Source: Octopus bimaculoides (Eukaryota). Taken from it: a stretch of DNA of 64,000 nt. The notes beneath the pieces were generated by a model. It ran no database searches and was not told the DNA's origin. It saw nothing but the letters and a program-made list of their open reading frames with translations. Shown piece by piece: positions 24,651 through 38,900 of the stretch (within the stretch, counting starts at the first letter, position 1; every line of letters begins with the position of its first letter). The stretch spans positions 59,039,421-59,103,420 of the forward strand of contig NC_068994.1 of the NCBI RefSeq assembly GCF_001194135.2. The letters are read 5' to 3'. The position numbers and the translations under genes are program-made.

Positions 24651-26824
24651 AGTCAAAATACAAATCTGTGCTTTGCAATGCAGAGAAAACAAATAATAAA
24701 AGGTGACAAACCCAGCAATGATTATTTTTCTTAACAGGGGAGGCACAAAGGGGAATATTTCATGTATTATGTAAACCCTATCACTTCATTAGTATTTTAT
24801 TCTGTTGACACAAAAAGTGTGAAAGGCAAATCTTGATGCTGGCAGGATCTGAACTCACAATGTAAAGGTTAACAGCTAAATAACATAAAACATTCCTTTC
24901 TGCTATTCTCCCAATTCTGAAATCCATGGCTTTCAAGACTGAATAATATTCGTTACTAACCTAGATGCAAGGCCACATTTTGTATGTGAGTGAGAAAACA
25001 TTGGCGGTGAAGCTGGGCAACTAAATACAATTGTGCATGGCAGTTTCTCAAGAACTCTTTTACCAATTCTACACCATCCTCAAAACAATAAAAAATAAAA
25101 CAGGCAATTGAAATTTCAGAAAAACCCTTTCGAAAACATATTTGAAAGGTATGTGAAAAGAAAAGAAAATATATTTTAGCGAGAGGAGAGGTGGTTTTCA
25201 GGTGAATGTAACTTCATGTTCTTAACATCATTTCACCTATACGTTAACACAAATGCATGTGTGTATATATCTATACACACACACACACACACACACATAC
25301 AAATGTGCATTTGTGTCTGCATATTTAGTTCCATATACTAGGTACATGTATGTCCATGTGAGTGAGTCTTATACACCCTCCTAAACACAGTGTGTTTAAG
25401 CAGTGAGTAGCCAGGCATTTGATGGTTCTGCAGACAAGTGTAGTACATGCCTACATCCAGACCCTTCTCTTTCAGCCACATTGGATTTGCTCGATTCCAG
25501 GATTCCACAGTTCCCTCTCCCCCTTCCCCCTCAAAACTTGTCTCTGTCATTGGTGCTATGGAAGTTTGATGCCTGTAACAACAGTTATGGAAGTGGTCTT
25601 GCAGTGTGATGTCAGCAGTAAGGTTTGGTCATGTATCAGCAGCAATACCAAAGGCCCTATGGAATCAGGAGTGGTATTGGAGTGCAGTGACAGCAGTATG
25701 TAGTATCAGGAGTGGTATTGGAGTGTGGTGTGTCGGCAGCAGTGGCAAGGTGCTTTTCTGTCTGCAGCGATTATTGTTTAACCCCAGTTTCTAGATGCTG
25801 GTCAATGGAGTGTCAGAACAGGGGTCGCTGTTATTGCTATGGCAATGCTGTACTGTAGTATGTCTAGATACAATGGTGGTGGTGGCTGCTTCAACACTGC
25901 ATAGTTTGTGGTTTTGGCAAAGTGGCTGCTTCGCTGCAGTGTGACAGGACAGGTATTGCAGACCTATGCTCAAGTGATAACATCTATGCCTCACCTGTTG
26001 AACAATGTTCGTTATTGTTTAGCAACAAGTCCTTCCTCATTCAGCAGACCAATAATTTAAAGACATTCCAACTGTGACTATCTAGTTTATATATCTATCT
26101 ATCGAAGACCATATTCTTGAGTGTGACTTGTGGGATATTTCGCTGCTCTTTCTAGCAGGCTGAGCAACCTTGTTGGCTGACGTGTGTCAAGTGAAATGGT
26201 AAATGATAAACAATGATGAAATTTCATCTTCCTTTTTACTATTTTCTCATGCATTTTACCATTCTATCATAGACTGGAGCAATTTCCTCTTCTTGTCACT
26301 GACCAAGTTCTGTGTAATGGAACCAGTTTCATGTCCATCCACTCTAAACACCGCACAAAGAACAAGTGACCGCTTGACCATGGAAATTGCTTTGTTGTCT
26401 TTTACTCTATTAAAATGAGCTTTAAATTGTTTGTTTAGAGATTCGCCAAAGAGTAAGGGGTGTATAGAGAGAGAGCAGAGGTGAGTGTGTATACAAGGAG
26501 AGACACAACAGATTGGGATGGGTGTATAGCAAGATCACAGGCTAGGATTTTCTTTCTCAATTGCCAGGGACTGACCACCCACCCATACACACCACCCACA
26601 TGAAAATAGAAGTGATGGTTAAGGGATTATTAGGAAAGTGACATTTGAATGGGTTGGTGTTTAAATCTACTCTAGTATAAACAGATTTATTCCTCAATGG
26701 TTAGATCCAGTTATGAAATGATATCCATCACCATCACATCGATGCACACAATACAACCATCCTCTCAACAACACAACCCCAAACCTTACATCATCATTTA
26801 GTTTTTAAAAATACATTTTATACT

Positions 26825-26845
26825 TTTATTATCATTTTATTTATT
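26825..26845 (-). terminator. Probable LMAN1 polyadenylation signals (three AATAAA)
   Basis: TTTATT on + at 26825-30, 26836-41 and 26840-45, about 320-340 nt after the stop; GT-rich tract follows on the minus strand. Confidence 0.6.
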
Positions 26846-27031
26846 TCTTTTATACAATTTGCCATAAAAAAAAACAACACACACACAGAGACTTGTAGCC
26901 AGGCACACAACACACACACACACAGACTTGTAGCCAGGCACACAACACACACATACATGCAGTGAGACATAAAGACCTACAGCTTAGTCTCATACATCTC
27001 TTTCAACTTCCAAATGAAATGCTTGTGCAGT

Positions 27032-27064
<33 letters not shown>

Positions 27065-27162
27065 GATAATCCTCAGTCACAAACATCCAGAGACACAGTA
27101 TTCAACTGAGATGGAAGAAGAGAGAGTAAAAAAAAAACAATAACCAACAAAAAACAATGTTT

Positions 27163-27199
27163 TCAATAGAATTTCTTGGCTTGTGCTTCCTTGCTTTGC
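27163..27199 (-). CDS. LMAN1: LMAN1 exon 15 (37 nt; cytosolic tail + stop)
   Basis: (K)QSKEAQAKKFY*: dilysine COPI and di-aromatic COPII signal. Confidence 0.96.
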
Positions 27200-27299
27200 C
27201 TGGAATTAGAAAAAAAAACAGAAGAATATGATAAACAGATAAGAACACACACACATATCACCACCTCCATCACTACCACCACCATCATCATCATGCATG

Positions 27300-27336
<37 letters not shown>

Positions 27337-30300
27337 TGGATCTTGTTCAGTCATTTATCTTGTCTTGAACTCTCCACTCCCTGGATTTTAGGTGAGTCCT
27401 CAATAAACATAATTCTCAAGGGGAATCAGCAAGGCCCAGCGATGAGGGACAATCTAACTCATGGGCTTCCATGTAATTTCTATCGATCCAATTTCACTCA
27501 CAAAAATTTGGATCAACTTGAGGCCAAGGTAGAAGATACTTGTCCATGGTTCCAGTCAGTGGGATTGAACTGGAGAACATCATGATCACAAAGCAAACAC
27601 ACATAATCACACCACCTTAGTTCTTCAAAAGGCCAACACGAGTAAAAACAAACAAACAATAATTTAAAGCTCATAAAGTTACCTGAGGGTTTTAAATGAG
27701 ATTGATGAATAGTTAAATACTCACTTGTACATGGCATAGATGAAAAGAGCAGCAATCTGTACAGATAAACCAATGAAAAACACTTTCGGAGATATGCAGT
27801 TGATGTTAGGGCATGATGTGGTTGATCCCTGAAAAAATAACACCACAAATAGAGAAAAATGGGGCCAGTGAGACAGATGGAATAGTTAAAGTAATATTAG
27901 GAGAATCTGCTAGGCATGTGTATAGACTACACAGTATAGAGACATTTGGTAAATAAACCATAGTAGAGTGACACCTGTTCTATGCCCAGACCAGTCATTG
28001 GGTGAGCTTTAAGGATTCTTTATATTTAGGTAACAATATTATTGTATCAAAGCAATTTTAAGGTTTTGGTAGTTAATGAGACAACAGAGCAGTGAGACGT
28101 TCTTGGTGTCAATATGATAATATTCCCACAGAACAAACTGTAAAATGGTTGGCAAACAAACAGAGACGATACAGAGTAAAGGAGAGCTTTTACTCTTGCC
28201 AAGGGCATGTCAACCTCCCTAACACTAGTTCAATGATAAAATGCATTTAGTTCACACTGTTAAGGGCTTGATGTTAAGAAGGGCATCAAACCATAGAAAC
28301 TATATGAAAGGTAGAACATGTGAATGAGATGGGAGATGTTACGGAACCTGTTTGAGAGGATAAGAACTCCGAAGAAGAAATGCTTGGACTGTGCCAACAA
28401 CCCAGTCAACCCATGTCAGTTTGGAAAACAAATGTAAAATAAAGATGTTACAAAATTGATATTTAAATCAATTCATATATATAAATGTCATCCTTGTCAT
28501 TTTCACATCCACTTTCCATGTTATCATAGTCTTTGACAGGAACCAGTTGGATAGAGGAATACAACTGGCTTGAGTGTCTCTGTTTTAGCATGGTTTCTTT
28601 GGCTAAATGCCCTTCCTAGTGCCAACCATTTTACAGTGTACTGGGTGCTTTTCTAGGAGAAACCAAGGAGGGAGACTCGGTTGTTAATTTGAATATATTT
28701 GTTAATTATCCTTATTTCTTAATAACAAACAACATATTGGACAATGTAATCCCTGGTAAAGACAGGGTGGCCAGAACTGGAATAACCTGGTCATAGGTTT
28801 GCTTGATTGGAGTTAAGCAACAACCTATACATAAAGGTGTGGTTCATTGACCAATATTTTAGACTGTTATTTACGTAACCCTCTGGTAAAACCCTAAAAT
28901 CCCAAATCCCATAACAGAACCAACCCTTAAACATTCTCAACCCACAAGGAGCAACTCCTGTAAGGGTCAGTCGAATGGATTCCCTACCTGAGATGTGTTT
29001 AAGATGTTCGCTGTGTCAGTGCGCACTTGTTTGATGGTGTCTTTCACTTCATGTAGCGCCATTTGCAATTGTATGTTAGACGCAGATCCACCACTTGGTG
29101 CATCACCGCCACTAGTTGCACCAACACCGGCAAAATGGTCAGCTTTCTCTTTGATTAAACCAATCAGTTGCCTGTAGAATAGAATTAGAAACAGACGAAG
29201 ATATATTCACATGCAGCAGCCAACACAGATGCTCAACAACACACACCATCATCATCATCATTTATATGTTTGTGATCGTGTGTGTATGTGTAGAGGGAGG
29301 GGATTAAGGCAACCATTGGTTTATTTTTTAAATTATCTCTACAGATATTCTATAGAATTTAGAGCCAGCACTGCAAGTTAAGGTACTTTGTATACGAATA
29401 CATCAATGTAAACAATGTGATTGAAGATAGAACAAAATAGGCAATAGGTGTATATGTATATTTGAAAAGTTCTAGCTCCTTCTTTGGCACTACATCTGAC
29501 CTGTTAACCATCCACAAACACACAGTCTTGTGTAACTGGCATGTAAAAAGCACCCTTTGAATATTGGGTGATATGCTGTACCTGAGAAGAGCTGTCAAGC
29601 CTAACTGAAGCCAGTGCCGTCTGACTGGCACCACTGGCTGCTTTCATTCCACCACTGGCACACAAGTCATCTACCTCTGCCTCCTCCTCCTCTCATGAAC
29701 AATGCTGTGTCTAATACCAACAAGCACTGCACCAAGCACTATGCATTGTCCTTCATTATCAGCAAACTCCTTTAAGCCTGAGCAGGACACACCAGACCAC
29801 TTGTAATCACTCCAAATATAATGGCTCGTGAACACTGAGACGTCTGATAGAGAATGCAAGGCAGCACATCTTTAACATAGCTAAGATTGGATTTGGGGAG
29901 GCACATCTTTCCTACAATCATTGATTTACACCAGTCCAAGAGCCATATTAACAGAATCAATCTGATGCTGTTGCTGGTGGGCCTGCAAAGGCTATGGGCT
30001 TGGACTGCTTCATTCAGTTCCTAATTATTTCATCAAGAAAGAAAAAAAAAAGTAATTCAATAACTGAACTCTTGTTACCTTATGTCTTTCATCTGTGCTC
30101 GGAAATCATTTTGATTGTTAATCACCATATCAACTTCATGTCTCCTAATTGTGTCCACTGGAACTCCTGTGCCCTAAAATAATGGTAAAACATGAATAGA
30201 CAATAATACATTAGTCTGTTTCCTATCAGAAGAAATATATTGTTTATTCATTCCACCGCAAAACAAAGAGATATCTACTGTTTCTATTTTCCATTTCTCT

Positions 30301-33300
30301 TTCAAGGGAAAAAGACATTTCATGGAACATTTTCAATTTAACTTATAGCAACAATAACAAAAGCAACAATATTAGTCACTGACTTTGTTCAGTAATACAT
30401 GAGTATACATCATATATAAATATATATATNNNNNNNNNNATATATATATATAAATTATAAATATCATTACAATACAATAGTATTATTTTCCAGTTAAATA
30501 AAGCCCCATAAAGGTAAAATAATAAAAAGAAATTAGTGGTACAACAAGGCAGCAATGTTTGCTGGAAATAGCAGTTGATAACCATAAGCAATATAAGAAG
30601 AGAGGGAGTTAGTTACCTGTGCATGCTGCATTGGTGGCTGTCCTGCCACAGGTGCCTGGATGGATGTGACTTTTGACAGAATCAACTCCTGGCGTCCAGA
30701 TAACTCGTCCAGCCTCTTGTTCAACTCTCGGAGTGTTGCATATATGTTATTTTGACCTTCAAAGATCTGTTTCAGTTCCCTCTCACCTTGACTCTCAAAC
30801 TGTAAATGAATCATAAGTACAATGACACCAATCTTTATAGCATGATAGCCACTACATCACACCTATACAACTCATATCTACCATTACTACACAAGGTAAC
30901 ATGACTCAAAAGTGCACCATCGCACTGCGATCAACCTCAGAAATATAGAAATGGGAGCGGTCACCCAGACATTAAACCCCTATCATTGTGTGAAGGATGG
31001 GTGCGGGAGGTATTGGACGTGAATATTGCATTTGGTTGTTCAACCAGCCATGTACACAATATATAGGTCATCCGTTTAATTAGGATGTCCAGAGTTACAC
31101 ATCAACCAGCACATGCCACTACTTCCATGACCACCACCACATCACCATACTCACCCATTTATCCACATCAATGTCATATTTGTCCTTTGCCTTGTCTGGA
31201 TTTTCTTTTTTAAAACTGAAACAAGAAAAGAGAGAGAGAGATGTAAATTTATGGCAGCGTGTGGGGTGGATGTTATGTTGCATGGGGTGGATGCTGTCGC
31301 GTGGGGTGCATGTTATGTTGCGTGGGGCGGATGCTGTGTTGTGTGGGGTGGATGTTGAATGGATTGGACAGGGGGAAAAAAGACCAGGTAGTCATGGATG
31401 GAATGTTTTAGGTCAACTAAATAAATGAAGACCTTGGGCTTAACATCGGATACACACAAAACAGAGTCTCTAACCCAGTGTTTCTCAATCCTTTTTTTTG
31501 ATCCATGGACCCCTTTCATTCCCATTTTACTCTCAAGGACCCTCATAATCATTCAATGTTTAAAAATTACTCATTATATTATTAGGAATTGTATAAAAGA
31601 AAATTGTTGAAATATCACCATTTTTTTAATTGTAAGCTTTAATAACAAAACATTATGTGGACCCTAGTCAAGAACCACTCATCAAATCAATTGCTTGAGG
31701 TGGTAGAAATAGCAACTAAATATCCTTCAAGTGACATCCTGTTATCTTCAGGAAAGATACAGTGAATAATGTACGTCAGTTCAATGAAGGTTGCTCTACC
31801 TCAGAGGGAGCTTTTACATGCTTTACTTGACTTGCTAAAGACAGCAGTATATTCCTTAAAATCACACCCACTGCTCTGAAACAGGAATGACACATTAAGC
31901 ACTATAGTCAAAGTAGTCAAAGTTATCGGAATGGAGTATCTTTGATCAGAGTTTGGCTCAATGAAGGCTGAGCTGGTGCTTGACCAACAACACCAGCAGC
32001 ACATCTGCAGTCTTACTACTGCCCTCAACAATACTCACTCTTCTTTGGCCTGTTCAAGTTTCTTGTAATACTCTTTGAATTCTTCATCAAGTTTCTTTTT
32101 CTCGTCTTCTGACACTTTTGTGCCTGTGTCCAGCTGAAACAAGATAAAATGACAGCCAAATACTCATTGAGTTGAGAAGAAAAACTAAGGAAACTTACAA
32201 ATAGCAAAAATACAAACCTAAATTAAGTGCACAGATACATCACGGGTTAAAAATATATCATAAAAAATTTATGATTTACTATTATAGAATTCTAAATCTA
32301 CTGTTGAAATCAGTTACAAGATTATTTTTGAGAGACTTTTACTTGTTTCAGTCATTTTGACTGCAGCCATGCTGGAGCATCACTTCCAGTCAAACAAATC
32401 GACCCCAGGACTTATTCTTTGTAAGCCTGGTACTTATTCTATCATTCTCTTTGGCTGAACCGTTAAGTTACAGGGACATAAACACACCAACATTGGTTGT
32501 CAAGTGATGGTAGGGGGACAAACACAGACACACAAATGTAAAAGGTTTAGATTAGAACGAAAAAGGGTGTCACATACCTGGTCAGCCGGAGCATGCATGG
32601 AATGAGTCAAGAACGCCATTACATCGTGGTCATCTGAAGAAATTATTAAATAGAAGACCTTCGTTAATGACAATAGATGTCATTGAATGGACTACACACA
32701 CACACAACATTTATATTACGTTATGCACATTAATACAGACTAAAATATGTATTCATATATACATACACACCTAAGTAAAATACATAACACAGAACTGACA
32801 GACATGCACACTAAACTGAACGCACACGCACTCACACACACAACATTACATCTACAAACGAATGGTGCACACAGAACCACATGCCAAACCAGATATACAA
32901 ACCTCCACACAAATACAGATTTAGACAAGAAGACACACACAACACACAACCGGATATATCATTTAAACACACAAAAACTAAGCACAACACAAACACAGTT
33001 AAGATAGCAGAGTAAACTGTAACCTCACCTGCCAATCCGCCTGTTGCAGCCGTCACCCCAAAGAATCCGTTCTTGGGAAGGTGGATGCCCTCTGCACGCA
33101 GACACAGTTCATATTCATTTTGGTTACTGGACATCCCATTGTGAATAAACACCTGTAGTTAATGAAACACAATAAATAATGAATTTATTGACATTAGAAG
33201 AAGACCAAATAGGGCAAAGGAGGGCGTGGGGTCCCTACCAGGTAGAGACATTAGATAACAACAGGTATCTGCTGACAGCTGTGTAAATTTTATATCACTG

Positions 33301-35943
33301 GGTATCAGTGGCAACAAACACTTACAACATGAGAGTGGACCCATCCCAAAATTCTACTTGTTCTATGTTCAACCAAGCACGATGTGGCCTCTTACACCTA
33401 CCCTGCAATGTCGTAATAAAAACAATCATATAATCAAAATCCTGACGAGATAATGTATGATTAATTTAAAACAATGAGAATAATCTGAATACCAAAGGGT
33501 TAAACAGAAGGAACTACTGTTTGCTATCATGTCCTGTATACCTAGTATTATAAGATAACATACCACAACAATAAACCACAGATCTGAATTAAGTATATAC
33601 TTGCATCAATCTCACATACAAATGACATGAAACTGGTTATCTGGTGTTTATACGTGCATATACTTCTTTATGCATTATCATCATCGTTTAACGTCCGTTT
33701 CCTATTTGGTTGAGGATGCATTTTCCTGTGTGTAGGTCTTCTTAGTACAAGCAACGTGTATATGCACATACGTGTGTGTGTGTGTGTGTGTGTGCGCGTG
33801 TGGCAAATTCTTATTTAACTTGACTTTCTTGCCATCAAGGCTTACCTCCCTTGAACAAGATAGTTAACAGGTATTCCTTCCCTTGAGTCGCGCCGTCTGC
33901 TTTGGTAATGCAAGTCTTATTCCCCTTGGCAAAGGCTAATCGGATTTTCCTCACACAAGTCCTCAGTTCCCAGACCCTTGTGCATACACATCAAAAACTT
34001 AAGTACACACACACGCACAAGGCTAAATGCAGACAAACATACACACACACACACGCCAAACAGACACACATAACCATAAACACATATATTGGTCCTCGTA
34101 CATACACTACTTCACTAGCATCTGTGAAATACTTACTGTGAGGGAGTTTTTATAATATTCCACTCTGGCCTTTAGCGGAAAAGGTTTGTTGCGGAAATCT
34201 CTAAGACATCCACCCAGTTGTTGGTCGTGTCCATCACTGCAGGGAGAGAGAGAGAGAAAGAGAGAGAGAGTTGTTAATCAACCTACATCACTGCTATAGG
34301 TTATGATGATGATGATCAACACTTTGGAAATATTGCAGAGAAAAAAAGAATTATGAAACTCATCAATTCCATCAGTCATGATAATTATTGATGCCTATCC
34401 AATTATTACTCATGAAGATAAAGAGGTGGAGAGCATGGTTGGTGCCCAGAAGGGGTTAGGGGGAGGAGAAGATAAAGCTCCCATGCCGGTGGCACGTAAA
34501 AAGCACCAACCGATCGTGGCCGATGCCAGTACCTCCTGACTGGCTCCTGTGCTGGTGGCACGTAAAAAGCACCCACTACACTCTCAGAGTGGTTGGCGTT
34601 AGGAAGGGCATCCAGCTGTAGAAACATTGCCAGATCAGAGTGGAGCCTGGTGCAGCCACTGGCTCTTCAGACCTCACTCAAATCGTCCAACCCATGCCAG
34701 CATGGAAAACGGACGTTAAACGATGATGATGATGATAATTTGATCACTAATCTAGCAAGAATGGAGAAGTTGCTGAGAGAATATATTCAGACCAAAACAA
34801 TTCTCTGGACACTTGTACACTTTGCAAAATGGTTGGCAATAGGAAAGGTATCTTACCATAGAAACATTCCAATAATAGAATGCGAGACGTGCTTCCTGAG
34901 CTATCTCCAAGAGCAATAACTGAATAGGAAAGTGAAAGTAAAAACAATGTAAAGATCACACACACACAAAAAGAGAATAAGTTGAGACTTACTTCATGTG
35001 GCCATACTCCCTCGTACCATTGTTTAGCATTACAAGAATGTAGGGATTATTTCGCTGATGAAAAAAGACAAAAAAGAGAAAGTGGAAATAAGCAGACAGT
35101 AATTAAAAAGTTCAATAAAACCTGCACTCTCCTCCTCCTACAAAAGACAAAAGAAGGATTATTTCTAGAATCTTCAATGATTTATATTTAATGCATTCAA
35201 GAGAGAAATTTGAAAATATGGAATTGCAAGTGTTTTAAACATTTTGGGTGTAGAAAATAAAAATTTTTAAATCTCACAATGAGAGATATTCAGCAACAGT
35301 AGTTTGGAGTAAAGATTATTTACCAACATAACATGGCAGTCCTGGTTTAGGACAAATGTTGCTGTAATTTAGCCCCAGGGGACATCATCTCCAGCTGGCT
35401 ATACGACACGTTATATTTTCAAACAAGGGAATCAAAACTCTGCAAAAATCCGGTACTCACAGGAGGTTTGTGCAGGGCAACCAGCTGAAGGCCAACAGTT
35501 TGACAGAAAGTGATACGATGGTGGACCAGTGTTGTAGATAGGATTGGAGAAAATAATGGACAAGCAGGAGCAACATGAAAGCAGAAGTAAACTGAAGGAC
35601 TGATGATGATGATGGTGGTGGTGTGTATGTGATACAGTGGTTGGGCATCCAGACACCAAAAATCATGATGGAAAAGAAATGTGTTTTCTGCATGAAGCCT
35701 TTGGATCAACCACAGCTTTATGAGAGAAATTTGGTAGACAGAAACAGTGGTGAATGCCATCAGGCAAATTGTTTCCCTTCCTGACTGGTAGAGTCATCAC
35801 CTGGCATTGTAGGACTCAAGAAGAGTCACTTTGCAACAAGGATTTGAGCTAGGTCACCAGTCTGATGAGAACTTGCTTCCTTTCACAGTCTTGGAGGCCC
35901 CGGAAAAGGTCACGGTACCAGTTTATTCCTCTGATCAAATCAA

Positions 35944-35983
<40 letters not shown>

Positions 35984-38900
35984 GTTTTGTAGAATAATGA
36001 AGTTAGAGGGAATTCCTAGTAAAAAGACATTTCCCTAATTCCAAAAGAAAACAATCTAACATGAACTGTAAAACTTACCTGCCCATCATTGTCAAATGAG
36101 TCAAAGAAAAGCCCCATTCCATTCCATTTGTCCATATTACCAAAAACAGGACCTTCGATTGCTTTATCCAGCGTGTACCAGATGGCCTGACAGTTAGAAG
36201 ACAGAATGGTATTAGTTGTGTGCATGTGTGCGTGTGCACGTGTGTGTGTGTGTGCATGTGTGTGTGTGTGTGCTTGCGTGTGTGTGTGTGCGCTCTGGTG
36301 CTGCAATGCATTATAATTAAGCAGATAAGAAAGAAACTTCTTCCTGGACAGGTGTGATTCCCTCTGCACAGGTAATGCAGAATATGATGATCTGATAAGA
36401 AACACAACCAAATATAATTGATGGATTTGAACTGACACCTTGAGCAAGTAAAGCAACATCTTAATAACTGTAATGCGGGGTAGAAATAGTGATGTAAAAC
36501 AAATAATGAAAAGAGAGAGAGAGAGAGAGAATAAGAGAGACGTATAAATAGAGAGAAGAACATAGAAAGGGATAACAATAGAAAAGGATTTACCAAGCCA
36601 TCAGCTCCGACCCTTCCACGGCCTGTGACCCGGAAGGTCACTTCAATGACCCAATTGTCATGTGGGACAGGATTTTTGGTCCACACCCAACCTGCAACAG
36701 ACATTGTACAACATTTTATATGTCACTTCAGCCTCATTAGTGTGTGCATGTTCATGCATATGATGGTGCACATGGAGTGTGTGTGTGTGTGTGTGTGTGC
36801 ACATAAATATACAGAAGATGTAGCTGCTACTTTGTAGGTGCTGCAGAGAGTATGCGTGTGTGTGTGCGTGTGTGTTACATTGTGTGTCAATGTGTGCTTG
36901 TGTAGATACCTAACGGTTTACATGTAGTATGTATGCGTGTGCGTGTTCCATTGTCATGTGTAACTTTATGTATATGTATATGTATGTGCCAGAGCACTGC
37001 CTAATATATATGTGTAGGTGTCACACAGTGTACAAGTCAGTGTCAATGAATGTGTGTGTGCGTACAGATGTCATGGTACAGATGCGTACAGATGTCATGG
37101 TATGTGTAAGGGACTGCAGTATACATCTGTGTATTTAAGGGCTGACTTGTGTGTGTGTGTGTGTGTGTGTGCGTGCGTGCAGTAAGGAATAGAAACAAAC
37201 AAGATCAGTTCGAACCTTTTTTACTTTTCAAAGATGTCGTCAGTCGAATATTTTCATCACCTGCGATGGCATCTGGAAAATAAGAGATTGTGGTTGATGA
37301 TGACAACGTTGGTGATGACAATCAATCAATCAATCGTCCTATCTCTCAAGTTATCTGTACATGCACATATTTATTATATAACCATCATCATCATCATTTA
37401 GCATCCATATCTCATACTGGCATAGATTGGATGGGTTGACACAATCTGACAAACCTAATGTCTACAGCTAGATGCCCTCCCTAATGCCAATCCTTTTGCA
37501 GAGCATATTGTGTGCTTTTCTCATGACTAATGGAATCACTGAGTAAATCACAAGACAAAACCCCTTGAGAGGGTGAGAGTGCAATATTATGGGAGGTAGG
37601 TTTGTGCCAGGTAAAGAGAGGTTAAATTAGGGAAAAGAGATGGGCACCTCAGCCAGGAAGAGAGAAAAGGATAACAGAGATTGGATATCAGGTTATATCC
37701 TCAAGGTACAAGAAGGTGAATAGCGAGAGAATAGGGGTAGAGAATTGAGGATGGCTAATTGGGTAGATATGTTTGCAAGGGTGTGAAAGGAGTGACAGAT
37801 ATGAGAGCATTGAAGGGTGAACATGGATAGAAGTGTGGGTAATGGTGAGTCTCAGTTTGGGGGAATGTAAGGAAAATAAGAGTGGGGCAGAGACATGCTG
37901 GGGCACCACCTTGAAGAATTTTAGTCAAACAGGTCAACCCCAGTACCTTTTTTTTTTAGTTCTCTTTTGATGAACCACTAAGTTATGGAGATGTAAACAC
38001 ACCAAAACCAGTTGTCAAACAGTGGTGGGGGACAAACACAAACACACACGATGAATTTCTTTCAGTTTCTGTCTACCAAATTCACCCACAAGGCTTTAAT
38101 TAGTTCAAAACTATAGCAGAAGACACTTGCCCAAGTTGCCACACAGTAGGACTGAACCCAGAACCATGTGGTTGGGAAGCAAGTATCTTACCACGCAGCC
38201 ATGCCTGCACCTATAGATGTCAACGGACAACAAAGTTGTGAAGTCAGGTTGACGAACCTGGTAGAGGAGATTCCTCCCACCTGTATGGAAGATCCTGTCA
38301 TAGGTGATGGGCATGGCCTTCCCTCTGGACTAAAAGATAAAAACTAACATACACAGGCAGAAAGAAAGTGAAGAGAAGGGATAATGGACAGATAGATGGG
38401 GGTATAGACATGTAACTGTGTAGACAGCAAGATAAATAAGCATGGAGACAGGTATATAGGCAGGTGGATAGGTCGGTAGACATATATCTCATCCCCCTTC
38501 CCTCTCTTTGCCCCAACTTTTTACCTACAAGTATGAACCTTAGAAATTTAAACAGAATATGAACTCAACCCTCCTCATCAATCTGGAATGACCAGCAACC
38601 ACCCACCCCACACACACACACACACAGGTATCTCTGAACATTAAGGGATTTGAGGAGAGTGATTCAGAAATAAAAAAAACTGACTCAGATCATGACAACC
38701 TGTCCAACCCACACCAGCTTGGAAAGTGGAGGGAGAGGAGGGAGGGAGAGAGGAGAGGAGAGAGTAGAAGACCTCACCACATTTGTACCCAACCACATAT
38801 AGCCATCTCCTCCCTCTCCCTCTCTATTTCTTAATGTGATACTCCCTTCCAAGTCTGCTTGGTTGTTTGTTGAGCTGTCTACCAGAATGTGTGTGTGAGC

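Noticed and set aside
25640-25745. Repeat-spacer-like duplication ATCAGGAGTGGTATTGGAGTG
   Set aside because: Only two units in a eukaryotic context; a local duplication, not a CRISPR-like array.
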